A stretch of DNA of 59,940 nucleotides from an uncultured Alphaproteobacteria bacterium (lineage in GTDB: Bacteria; Pseudomonadota; Alphaproteobacteria; Methylaequorales; Methylaequoraceae), in contig CABZMK010000006.1 of the NCBI GenBank assembly GCA_902526865.1, forward strand, positions 1 to 59,940. The letters run 5' to 3'. A program made the translations under genes and the position numbers. Under the pieces are notes generated by a model. It saw only the letters and a program-made list of their open reading frames with translations, had not been told where the DNA came from and made no database searches. The first letter of the stretch is position 1, and every line of letters starts with the position of its first letter. Below, in pieces: positions 45,532 to 54,649 of this stretch.

Positions 45532-45716
45532 ACTTAGTGCCTGCAAGGGTTAAAAGGGAAACTAGTTTAAGTCTAGTACAGCCCCCGCTACTGTAAATTG
45601 TGTGTTTTGTCAATGTGCCACTGATAAAATTGGGAAGGCGATAAAACCAAAAGCAATGAGTCAGGAAACCTGCTAAGTTAGCGTCATTCAATCAGACTAC
45701 GGGTAGGTCTTCTGAT
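45532..45716 (+). ncRNA. cobalamin riboswitch
   Basis: AAAAGGGAA, GCCCCCGCTACTGT, GCCACTG, GGGAAGG, B12-box GAGTCAGGAAACCTGC; ACTTAG/CTAAGT closing stem; downstream hairpin containing CGGG complementary to CCCG. Confidence 0.95.
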
Positions 45717-45814
45717 ATGGAAAATCCATCGTGGTGACGTGTTAACCATGGTGGGATTCATTTATCTCACTTATTTTAATTATTTTCAGATACAAATCTG
45801 AGAAAGGGAAAAAT

Positions 45815-47815
45815 ATGTGGAAACCTCTTTTTTTAACTTTTGTAATATTTATTGCCAGTCTTAATCAAGAAATAAAAGCTCAAACAACAGAAGATGAAAT
45901 TATTGTACAATCTAGTAAACTACAAATTGATGGGATCTATGGTGCTGAAACATATACAATAACTAAAAGTGATATTCAAAATTCAACAAGTGAGTCAATT
46001 ATTGATTTGATAACAAAATTTCCTGGTGTAAAAAAACAATTTGATATATATGGTACTGGGTTTGGTGTAGGGTCGAGAATTGATATTAGAGGTTTTGCGG
46101 ACACAGCTAGGGACAATACAGCAATCTTAATAAATGGCCAAAAACTTACGCTCGGTGATATGAGTTTAGTGGATCTATCAATTATTCCAATGGACAGTAT
46201 TCAAAGAATAGAAATAACAAAAGGAAATAACTCTGTTCTTTATGGAAATAATTCATCAGCAGGTTCAGTAAATATTATTACGGATACACTTCCAGGGCAA
46301 AAAGACTCTTTGTTTGCCAAATTCACAGCAGGATCATTTGGTAAGTACGAAGGTGCATTATCAGGTACAAAAACAGCAGGCATATATTCAATCACTGGAA
46401 ATACAAATTTTATTTCTACGGATGGCTTTAGAAGAAATAATGCTCTGAGTCAGAGAAACGGGAGCATTGAATTTAAGGGAGTAACTGAAAATCTCTCATA
46501 TCATTTAAATGTGTTAGCACATAATCAATTTCTTGAATTGCCTGGAACAAGGAGTGTAGTTACACTTAGAAGTGATCCAAGAGGTACTAGTACACTCGCT
46601 CAATTTAACCAAAGAAATGGGTATAAAACTTTCTATGGGCTTAACTACTCTCCAATCAATGATCATGAAGTGGTTATCGACGGTAGCTATAGTTTTGATA
46701 AAAGCCAAGCAAATATGGGGGAGTTTTCAGATACAGAAATATATAATTATCAGATTTCTCCAAGATATCTTTTTAAGTACAAGAACAATCAAATTGACTC
46801 AGACAATATTTTTGGACTAGATTTAATTTATGCTAACTATTATTCCGACAGAATGCAGTCTGACGGAGCATATTATTATACAAATTTTAAAATGACTGAT
46901 AAAACTGCAGCTGTCTATTTTAATTCAAATTTAAAATTAAATTCAGAAAACAAACTTTCTGTTGGTGCTAGATATCATGGAAATTGGCTTAGAGCATCTA
47001 ACAGTGTAACATCAGGGTCTTACTACGGGGGAACTTATACAGACAAATCCCCAGAAAGTTTTTCAAATCCACAATTTGCGTACCACCTTGGTTACGAATA
47101 TAAACTCAACAATTACAATACTATTTCTACAAAAATTGGAAGAAGTTTTAGATATCCTAATTTAGACGAAAGAATTGGACTAGGTAGTGGATTTACTAAC
47201 AGTACAAGTTTTAGACTTGGACCACAGAAATCTCATGATTTTGAGTTTGGTCATAAACTCGGTTTTGATAGTTTTAATATCTCTACAACCCTCTACTACA
47301 TGAGATTACGTTCTGAAATTTCTACAACTGACAATTCTTTTTATAACAGAAATTTAGCACCAACCGAAAGATATGGTATCGAGAATAACTTGAAATATTC
47401 TTTCATGGAAAATCTTAATATAGAAAATGCATTTACTCTTACACAAGCAAAATTTAGAGGTGGAGACAGAAACGAGAATGATCTTCCAGGAGTTCCAGCC
47501 TTTGTAGATTCTTTACAAATTAATTATTCGCCATTGGAAAATCTTTCGACATATTTTAATTTCTACTATCAGTCAAGCTCAAGACCTCTTAATGATTTCA
47601 GAAACTATCAAATTGTTCAAAAAGGTTATCATACCTTAAATGTAGGATTTGTAGGAAACTTTAACGGTTATAAAGCTACTTTGGCGCTAAATAACTTGCA
47701 AGATAAAATACATTATAACTACGCTGTCGGTTCAGGTTCAGGAGTTTATCACACAGTAAGTTACTATCCACTTCCGGGATTTAATACCTTATTTAAAATT
47801 TCTAAGGAATTTTAA
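45815..47815 (+). CDS. TonB-dependent receptor, probable cobalamin transporter (BtuB-like)
   Basis: Signal peptide, plug motifs IDIRGF, ILING, IQRIEITKG..SVLYG..GSVNIIT, C-terminal Phe; substrate inferred from the riboswitch. Confidence 0.9.
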   Translation: MWKPLFLTFVIFIASLNQEIKAQTTEDEIIVQSSKLQIDGIYGAETYTITKSDIQNSTSESIIDLITKFPGVKKQFDIYGTGFGVGSRIDIRGFADTARDNTAILINGQKLTLGDMSLVDLSIIPMDSIQRIEITKGNNSVLYGNNSSAGSVNIITDTLPGQKDSLFAKFTAGSFGKYEGALSGTKTAGIYSITGNTNFISTDGFRRNNALSQRNGSIEFKGVTENLSYHLNVLAHNQFLELPGTRSVVTLRSDPRGTSTLAQFNQRNGYKTFYGLNYSPINDHEVVIDGSYSFDKSQANMGEFSDTEIYNYQISPRYLFKYKNNQIDSDNIFGLDLIYANYYSDRMQSDGAYYYTNFKMTDKTAAVYFNSNLKLNSENKLSVGARYHGNWLRASNSVTSGSYYGGTYTDKSPESFSNPQFAYHLGYEYKLNNYNTISTKIGRSFRYPNLDERIGLGSGFTNSTSFRLGPQKSHDFEFGHKLGFDSFNISTTLYYMRLRSEISTTDNSFYNRNLAPTERYGIENNLKYSFMENLNIENAFTLTQAKFRGGDRNENDLPGVPAFVDSLQINYSPLENLSTYFNFYYQSSSRPLNDFRNYQIVQKGYHTLNVGFVGNFNGYKATLALNNLQDKIHYNYAVGSGSGVYHTVSYYPLPGFNTLFKISKEF

Positions 47816-48540
47816 ATGAATATTACTTTTTTAAAAAGTTTAATTATTTCCTTTGGAGTTCATGCTCTTGCAATTTCACTTTTATTAATGGAAGGAAAGG
47901 ACTTTAAGAAAAGTGAAACCTCAATGACCGAAGTTGTTATTTTACCATCTACCGAAAGTAATAATTTTGCAAAGAAAAAAACAAATATTGAGGAAACTAT
48001 CAAAAAAATCAAAGATGTAAAAGGTAAAACCACGGAACAGAAGAATTTGGTTTCTTCAGTAAAAAAAAAAAAAAAAACGAGAATGAATTTTATAAAGTTT
48101 CAAAGGCTAACTTAACTTTAAATAATATTGAAAAAAAAAAATTTGATAATTCTTTTTTAGAAAATAAATCTTTTACGAAGCCTGATAAAACTAAAAAGCC
48201 GTTAAGTTATGAAATCAAAAATTTTTCAGAAAATCAGAACACCAAAAGCACTTTTGTATCAAGTGCAAGTTATAAAATTGGTTCTACTAAAAATCCCCAT
48301 CCGACTTATCCCTTGATTGCTAGAAAAAAAGGATGGGAAGGTAAGGTATTAATTCAAGCTGAAATTGACAGAGAAGGAAATGTTTCAGAAATAAAAGTAT
48401 TAGAGTCAAGTGGTTTTCAAGTACTTGATGATGCTAGCTTAGAAACGCTAAAAAAATGGAAATTCACACCTGCCAAGATCGGCAATAAATTTGTTGATGA
48501 TACGTTAAATATCCCAGTCAAATTTCTTATAACAAATTAG
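47816..48540 (+). pseudogene. tonB: TonB energy transducer, split by one frameshift in an A17 run
   Basis: N-terminal TM with S-x3-H (SFGVH) in 47816-48115; the -1 frame is open from the A-tract through PHPTYPLIARKKGWEGKV...WKFTPA to 48540. Confidence 0.85.
48061..48077 (+). repeat. A17 homopolymer tract
   Basis: 17 consecutive A counted directly. Confidence 0.95.
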
Positions 48541-48561
48541 ATTTATTAAGCATTGTTAAGA

Positions 48562-48637
48562 TGGCGTCCCCTACGGGATTCGAACCCGTGTTGCCGCCGT
48601 GAAAGGGCGGTGTCCTGAACCACTAGACGAAGGGGAC
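48562..48637 (-). tRNA. tRNA-Glu(TTC)
   Basis: GTCCCCT acceptor, CCGCC-CTTTCAC-GGCGG anticodon arm, GTTCGAATC, CCA. Confidence 0.97.
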
Positions 48638-48708
48638 AAATAATACTTGCAAATAAAATATATGATTATATATATAGTCTTTTAAATTTATAAGTAAATT
48701 GATTTGTT

Positions 48709-49056
48709 ATGAGAAATTTAGCTTTTTTAGTTTTAACTATCTTGTTCCTCCCTCTTTCACCTTTAGTTGGGAAAGAATCACCTAACCAACTGTGTAATAT
48801 TAGAGGTTACGAGATAATTTTTCCTTATGAAAAAGCAATTAATGAAATCAAAAATAAATTTCAAAATGCTCCAAGCATTAAAGAATTTGAATTAGAACGA
48901 TTTAAGAAGCATTTTGAGCAAAATTTTTATGGCATTCCACTTTACAAAGAAGCTGGATGCTCAAACGCTAGATTGTCCGAATATTTAAATTGTCTAATAT
49001 CAACTGATGATTCTGATTGCAGAATCTATTATACTCAAATGAGAATCGTAGATTAG
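48709..49056 (+). CDS. hypothetical secreted protein with four Cys
   Basis: Signal-peptide-like N-terminus; ORF fills the tRNA-Glu/recJ gap with a 4-bp convergent overlap. Confidence 0.7.
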   Translation: MRNLAFLVLTILFLPLSPLVGKESPNQLCNIRGYEIIFPYEKAINEIKNKFQNAPSIKEFELERFKKHFEQNFYGIPLYKEAGCSNARLSEYLNCLISTDDSDCRIYYTQMRIVD

Positions 49057-50822
49057 ATAATTAAATCTTCAACATTTAATTCGACATTTTCTTGCCCGTC
49101 CCAACTGTTAAGAGTCACTGAGACCAAAGCACTTTTTATTGGAGCTGAAGTTTTGATAACATCACCTAATTTAGTTCCTAATGAACCAAAGGAAATAGCC
49201 TTGATACGTGTAGAATAAAAATCTTCAAAATAAAAAGAAAAATGTTTTTCACCTACAACTCTTGGATATCTGATTACAACATCGTTTATAATAAATTTAG
49301 GCTTAGGATTACCTATACCGAAAGGAGAGAAATTATTAATTTTATGAAATAACTGATTATCAATAGTCGAAATTTTTAGTTCAGAGTCGTAGTTTTTTTT
49401 TAAATTCTCAATATTTGCAACAAACTTATTCTTTAAAAAAGTTTTAAAATCTTTTATTTTTGAGTTTTCTATTTTAAAACCACCAGCCATTTTATGTCCT
49501 CCCCCAGATGTTAGTATGCCATCATTTACTGAATCAAGAATAAACTTTCCAATGTCAAAACTCCTGACTGATCTACATGAAGCAGAACATACCTCATTAT
49601 CCTCTGAAATCACTATTGAGGGTCTCATAAACTTGTTGGTTAACTTAGATGCAACTATTCCGAGTACTCCTGGGTGCCAATTTTTATTGTGTACACAAAT
49701 AATATTTTGATCTTCTGAAATAACTTGGCTAATTGCTTCTCTTTCAACTTTATGCTCTATACTTTTTCTGAGATTATTAAAATCACAGAGTTTTTTTGAC
49801 AGAATACTAGATATATTTTCCTCACAAGTGGTTAAAAGTTTTACTCCTATTCTTGAATCACCTACTCTTCCACCTGCATTTATTCTCGGTCCTATGACAA
49901 AACCTAAATGATATTCATTTAAATATTGATTTATTGAAGATTCTTGTATCAAAGCGTTAAGTCCGATATTTTTTGTTTGGTTAATTACTTTTATACCCTG
50001 TTTTACAAAAGCTCTATTTACTTGATCTAATTTTACAAGATCACAAATAGTTGCTAGTGCAACTAGATCCAAATATTTGATTAAATTTGGTAATTTCAAT
50101 TTAAAGAAGTTATTTTTTTTTAATTCTCTACTTAGTGAAATCACCAAAAAAAAAGTAACACCAGTCGCACAAAGATTATCAAGGTTTGAAATATCTTTAT
50201 TTTTCTTGGGGTTAATTATGGCAAATGCATTTGGTAATAATTGTGATTGTTGATGGTGGTCAACAACAATTACATCAACTTTTTTTTTACCAATATGTTC
50301 AATTGGTTCAAATGAAGTAGTACCGCAATCAAGAGTTAAAATGAGAACGCAGCCCTTTTCTTTTAGTGATTCGAATGCGTCAATATTTGGCCCATACCCT
50401 TCTTTAATTCTATCAGGAATATAAAATTCATACTTAACTCCAATTTCGGAAAAGTAATTACAAATTAGAGAGGTTGCACTTGATCCGTCAACGTCATAAT
50501 CTCCAAGAACTCCAATCTTTTGTTTTTTCAAAATGCAATCAACTATCTTTTTTGTAGCTTTTTCCATGTCATCTAAAACAAATGGATCAGGGAGAGTTGT
50601 TTTAATCTTTGTATCCATAAAATTTTTGAAATTTTTTAAGTTTATGCCCCTTGAAACTGCTAGTTTTGCAATACAAGTCTCTAACCCTAATTCATTTTTT
50701 AGAATGACAACTTCATTATTGTTTAATTGTCTTTCATTCCATAAAAAACCATTTATTGAGTAATTATTTTTTTCGGTATTGTTTTTTTTTTTTCCTTCAA
50801 TTAGATTAGCGTTAGTTTTCAT
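49053..50822 (-). CDS. recJ: single-stranded DNA exonuclease RecJ
   Basis: GDYDVDG, TLDCG, VDHH, GPRINAGGR, GGGHKMAGG, PFGIGNP; exact start uncertain. Confidence 0.96.
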   Translation of the reverse strand: MKTNANLIEGKKKNNTEKNNYSINGFLWNERQLNNNEVVILKNELGLETCIAKLAVSRGINLKNFKNFMDTKIKTTLPDPFVLDDMEKATKKIVDCILKKQKIGVLGDYDVDGSSATSLICNYFSEIGVKYEFYIPDRIKEGYGPNIDAFESLKEKGCVLILTLDCGTTSFEPIEHIGKKKVDVIVVDHHQQSQLLPNAFAIINPKKNKDISNLDNLCATGVTFFLVISLSRELKKNNFFKLKLPNLIKYLDLVALATICDLVKLDQVNRAFVKQGIKVINQTKNIGLNALIQESSINQYLNEYHLGFVIGPRINAGGRVGDSRIGVKLLTTCEENISSILSKKLCDFNNLRKSIEHKVEREAISQVISEDQNIICVHNKNWHPGVLGIVASKLTNKFMRPSIVISEDNEVCSASCRSVRSFDIGKFILDSVNDGILTSGGGHKMAGGFKIENSKIKDFKTFLKNKFVANIENLKKNYDSELKISTIDNQLFHKINNFSPFGIGNPKPKFIINDVVIRYPRVVGEKHFSFYFEDFYSTRIKAISFGSLGTKLGDVIKTSAPIKSALVSVTLNSWDGQENVELNVEDLII

Positions 50823-50844
50823 ATGAAAAACTTATCACAGTTTT

Positions 50845-52038
50845 ATGTCTAGTAATAATAATATATTAATCGCACAAGGTGGAGGTCCTACAAACGTAAT
50901 TAATCAGTCATTAGCAGGTATAATCATCAATGAGAAAAAAAAAAAATCTAAGATTTTTGGGTCTATTAATGGTGTCAATGGAATTATAAACAACAACTTC
51001 ATAACACTAAATAACATATTATCAAAAGAAATATCAACGCTCAGAAGTACACCAGGTGCTGCTCTTGGTTCAACAAGAGATAAACCTGACCAAAAATATT
51101 GCGAGGAGATTTATCATGTTTTAAAAAAAAAAAGAATTAATAAATTTTATTACATTGGTGGTAATGACTCATCAGATAGCCTTCGAATCATTTCCCAATA
51201 CTCTAGACAAAAAGGCTACAATCTTCAATGTATTCATGTTCCCAAAACAATTGACAATGATTTAGTGTACAATGATCATACCCCTGGGTTTGGATCAGCT
51301 GCAAAATATGTCGCACAGCTATTTTCTGGAATCAATTTTGATGTAAGATCTCTTCCAGGTGTATATATAGGTGTCGTAATGGGAAGGCATGCTGGATTTC
51401 TTACAGCATCTTCTTCACTTTTAAGAAATAAAGGTAGTGATGGTCCTCATCTGATATTCATCCCTGAATTTTCATTTAATATAAAAGAATTTATCAACAA
51501 TATAAATTCAGTTTTTAACAAATATGGACGTTGTGTTGTTGCTGTTTCAGAAGGCATAAAAGACAAAAATAATGTTCTTTATACAAAAAAAATCCAATCC
51601 TCCAATGAATATGACGATCATGGAAATATTCAGTTATCTGGTTCAGGAATGTTGGGTGACTTTTTAGCGAATGAGGTGAAAAATAAATTAAAAATATCTA
51701 GAGTAAGAGCTGATACACTCGGATATTCTCAAAGATGCTTTCTTGGATCAGCATCAGAAATTGATCAAAAAGAAGCATTTGAGATAGGTTTAAAAGCTGT
51801 TTCCTTTTCAAATATACATAGGGATTCTTTTTCAATAGGAATAGAAGAAAGAAAGATTTTTTCCCAAAAATATAAAGTAAAATTCATTGTCAATAAATTA
51901 ACTAATATTGCAGGTAAAACAAAAATAATGCCCGCAAAATTTTATAATTTAAAAAGATTTGACGTCACAAACAATTTCATAAACTATTGTAAGCCGTTGA
52001 TTGGTAAGAAATTCCCTCAAACTACGTCAATTATTTAA
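50845..52038 (+). CDS. pfp: phosphofructokinase family, predicted PPi-dependent
   Basis: GGGPTNVIN, IGGNDS, VPKTIDNDL, MGRHAGF. Confidence 0.85.
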   Translation: MSSNNNILIAQGGGPTNVINQSLAGIIINEKKKKSKIFGSINGVNGIINNNFITLNNILSKEISTLRSTPGAALGSTRDKPDQKYCEEIYHVLKKKRINKFYYIGGNDSSDSLRIISQYSRQKGYNLQCIHVPKTIDNDLVYNDHTPGFGSAAKYVAQLFSGINFDVRSLPGVYIGVVMGRHAGFLTASSSLLRNKGSDGPHLIFIPEFSFNIKEFINNINSVFNKYGRCVVAVSEGIKDKNNVLYTKKIQSSNEYDDHGNIQLSGSGMLGDFLANEVKNKLKISRVRADTLGYSQRCFLGSASEIDQKEAFEIGLKAVSFSNIHRDSFSIGIEERKIFSQKYKVKFIVNKLTNIAGKTKIMPAKFYNLKRFDVTNNFINYCKPLIGKKFPQTTSII

Positions 52039-53311
52039 AATTTTCAATCCTAAAATAAACTGTTTTTTTTCTAATAAAATTAAGTCTATTTATCTTTTTT
52101 AAAGCTTTCATCATATTATTCTCAAAACAATTATGAGTTGTGATTACAATTGTTGCATCTTTTGAATTACTGATCTTTGTTTCCTTCTGAAGCATTGATT
52201 TCATTGAAATATTAAATTTTTTGAATTGATTAGCTATACCCGAAATGACACCAGGTTTGTCATATGTCGTGAATCTTAGATAATAACTACCAAATCTTGA
52301 TTGAAGACTAGTTTCTTGATAAGGAAACGTAGAACTTTGCTTAAAAGGATTTTTTCTTTTTTTTGATAAACTGATTATATCACTCAAAACCGACGTTGCA
52401 GTTGGGTGCGCACCAGCCCCTTCCCCAACGAAACAACTTTTTTTACAAAAATTTGATTCCACAACTATCCCGTTGTAAACGCCATCTATTTTAGCGATAA
52501 AAGAGTCTTTTGATAAAAGGCATGGATATACAAAGTTTTTAATATTTTTATTTTTTAATTCGGTTATGCCTAGTAACTTTATTTTGTAACCAAGTGAATC
52601 CGCAATTTCAAGATCTTGTAGATCAACATTTTCAATGCCTTCGTTCTCAATCTTCGAAACATTATTATAACATTCAAAAGCTAATGAAGAAAGTATAGAA
52701 AGTTTATGGGCAGTATCAGTTCCGTCTATATCAAATTTCGGGTTTGATTCAGCGTAACCTAATTTTTGAGCTTCACTAAGTATATTTTTGAAATCTTTAT
52801 TGTATAAAAGCATATTACTTAAAATATAGTTTGAAGTACCATTTAGTATACCATAAATTTTTGTTATTTTATTTGACAATAAGAACTCATCAATAACTTT
52901 TATAATAGGGATTCCACCAGCGACTGCGGCTTCATATTTAAGCGAACAATTATTCTTTTCCATAATTGAGTGTAATTGATTCCAATCTTTTGATACTAAA
53001 GCTTTATTTGCTGTTACAACATCTTTCTTCTTTCGTAGTGCATTAAAAACTATATCTTTAGATACGCCTTTTTCCCCGCCAATTAACTCAACCAATATAT
53101 CATAATTATGAAATTTTAATAATTTCTTTGCGTCACTAAAAAAAACAGTGTTTTTGAAAATACCCCCTTTAAATTCTTGTTTTCTTCGACTAGCAATTGC
53201 TGTAATTACAATTTCTGTTTGTTTATTCTTATATTTTAATAATAAATCTATAAGGCCTTTCCCAACAGTTCCAACGCCTGCTATTGCTATCTTTATTTTT
53301 GGACTCAACAC
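52031..53311 (-). CDS. hom: homoserine dehydrogenase with ACT domain
   Basis: GVGTVG, VVTANKA, YEAAVAGGIP, GILNGT, LGYAE, DKPGV. Confidence 0.96.
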   Translation of the reverse strand: MLSPKIKIAIAGVGTVGKGLIDLLLKYKNKQTEIVITAIASRRKQEFKGGIFKNTVFFSDAKKLLKFHNYDILVELIGGEKGVSKDIVFNALRKKKDVVTANKALVSKDWNQLHSIMEKNNCSLKYEAAVAGGIPIIKVIDEFLLSNKITKIYGILNGTSNYILSNMLLYNKDFKNILSEAQKLGYAESNPKFDIDGTDTAHKLSILSSLAFECYNNVSKIENEGIENVDLQDLEIADSLGYKIKLLGITELKNKNIKNFVYPCLLSKDSFIAKIDGVYNGIVVESNFCKKSCFVGEGAGAHPTATSVLSDIISLSKKRKNPFKQSSTFPYQETSLQSRFGSYYLRFTTYDKPGVISGIANQFKKFNISMKSMLQKETKISNSKDATIVITTHNCFENNMMKALKKINRLNFIRKKTVYFRIENFK

Positions 53312-53314
53312 TAA

Positions 53315-54061
53315 CTAATAGATTAAAAAGATTTCGGTTCTCTGATTCGCTTTTGTGCCAGCAGGCATATTCTCTTTAAAAAGTGGTTTAGTATCTGAAA
53401 CTGCCTCTGTAAAAATATTGTTGCTTGGATAGTTATATTTCTTGATGAAAATATCAGCAACTGATTGTGCTCTCTTATCAGAAATATTAAAGTTCACAAG
53501 CTTGTGTTTCGCCAAGGGCATGTCCCTTGTTCTTTTACTTGCATGACCGACTATTTTGATTTTTGCTTCTCTTTCTTTTGCTATTTTTGCAACTCTTTTT
53601 ATTTTGCTCAAACCAGAACCATCAACTTGACTTGAGCCACTATAGAAGTTTATCGTCGCAACTCTGAACTGTATTTTGTCGTTAATACTAATTTTAGGTA
53701 GTGGACTTTCAAAATTTTGCAAAGTGGTAACTGCTTCAGCTTTCTCATTTTCAGCAGTTTCATCTGCAACCGGTTCAACGACCTCTTCTGAAGACTCTTC
53801 CTCAGGTCTTTGTTCTAATAGAACACTATCATATTCTTGCGTGGGAGTTGGATCTAATTTTTCTTCAGACAATTCAAGTGCCGGCTCCTCATTTATTTCA
53901 GAAAGTGTCGAGTTTTCTTCTTCCTGTATGTCGGAAAGAAGTTGACCAACCTCATCTATTGGTTCAATACTGGTATCATCTTTTTGCATGATATCAGAGA
54001 TACATCCGCTCAGAAGAAAAAAGAATAATAAAATTAATAGTTTTTGTTTTATATTTGTCAA
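53315..54061 (-). CDS. OmpA-domain lipoprotein with acidic linker
   Basis: Lipobox LLSGC; INF..GS, IVGHAS, NISDKRAQSV, NQRTEI. Confidence 0.85.
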   Translation of the reverse strand: MTNIKQKLLILLFFFLLSGCISDIMQKDDTSIEPIDEVGQLLSDIQEEENSTLSEINEEPALELSEEKLDPTPTQEYDSVLLEQRPEEESSEEVVEPVADETAENEKAEAVTTLQNFESPLPKISINDKIQFRVATINFYSGSSQVDGSGLSKIKRVAKIAKEREAKIKIVGHASKRTRDMPLAKHKLVNFNISDKRAQSVADIFIKKYNYPSNNIFTEAVSDTKPLFKENMPAGTKANQRTEIFLIY

Positions 54062-54109
54062 ATTAACTTCCTATCCTAAGAAGTATAGTTAAAAAAAAGA
54101 AATCTGAAA

Positions 54110-54649
54110 CTACTTTTTTAAAAATTCTTGACTTAGATTGTAATATACATCGGGAGTATTTATTAATAACCTTTCTTCTGTGTCTGAAATTTTTCTTACA
54201 AATCGGGCAGGATTCCCAGCCCATAACTCTCTTGTTCCTACTTTTGATCCTGGAGGAACAATTGCTCCAGCTGCAACAAATGCAAAATCTTCTATTTTTG
54301 ATTGATCTAAGATAACTGAACCCATACCGATAAGAGCATTTTTACCTATTTCACAGGCATGAATCGTAGCATTGTGACCTATTGTGACATTATCAGAAAT
54401 GATAGTTGGACTTCCCTTTTTTCCTTTTGCTGAAAACCCATAGGAAGAAACATGAATAACAGTCCCGTCTTGAATATTACATTTTTTTCCAATTCTAATA
54501 TAATTAACGTCTGCTCTTATTACTGTATTATACCAAATATTCGATTGATCTTCGATATTGACGTCCCCAATTATCATAACACCATCTGCTAGAAATACTG
54601 AATCTTTAATTCTTGGAAACTTATCTTTATATTTTAAAATTTTTTTCAC
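54110..54649 (-). CDS. gamma carbonic anhydrase family protein
   Basis: Hexapeptide repeats, IRADV, NIQDGTVIH, IGHNATIHAC, WAGNPA. Confidence 0.93.
   Translation of the reverse strand: MKKILKYKDKFPRIKDSVFLADGVMIIGDVNIEDQSNIWYNTVIRADVNYIRIGKKCNIQDGTVIHVSSYGFSAKGKKGSPTIISDNVTIGHNATIHACEIGKNALIGMGSVILDQSKIEDFAFVAAGAIVPPGSKVGTRELWAGNPARFVRKISDTEERLLINTPDVYYNLSQEFLKK

Noticed and set aside
45467-45691. 74-aa minus-strand ORF
   Set aside because: Antisense to the cobalamin riboswitch; no protein features
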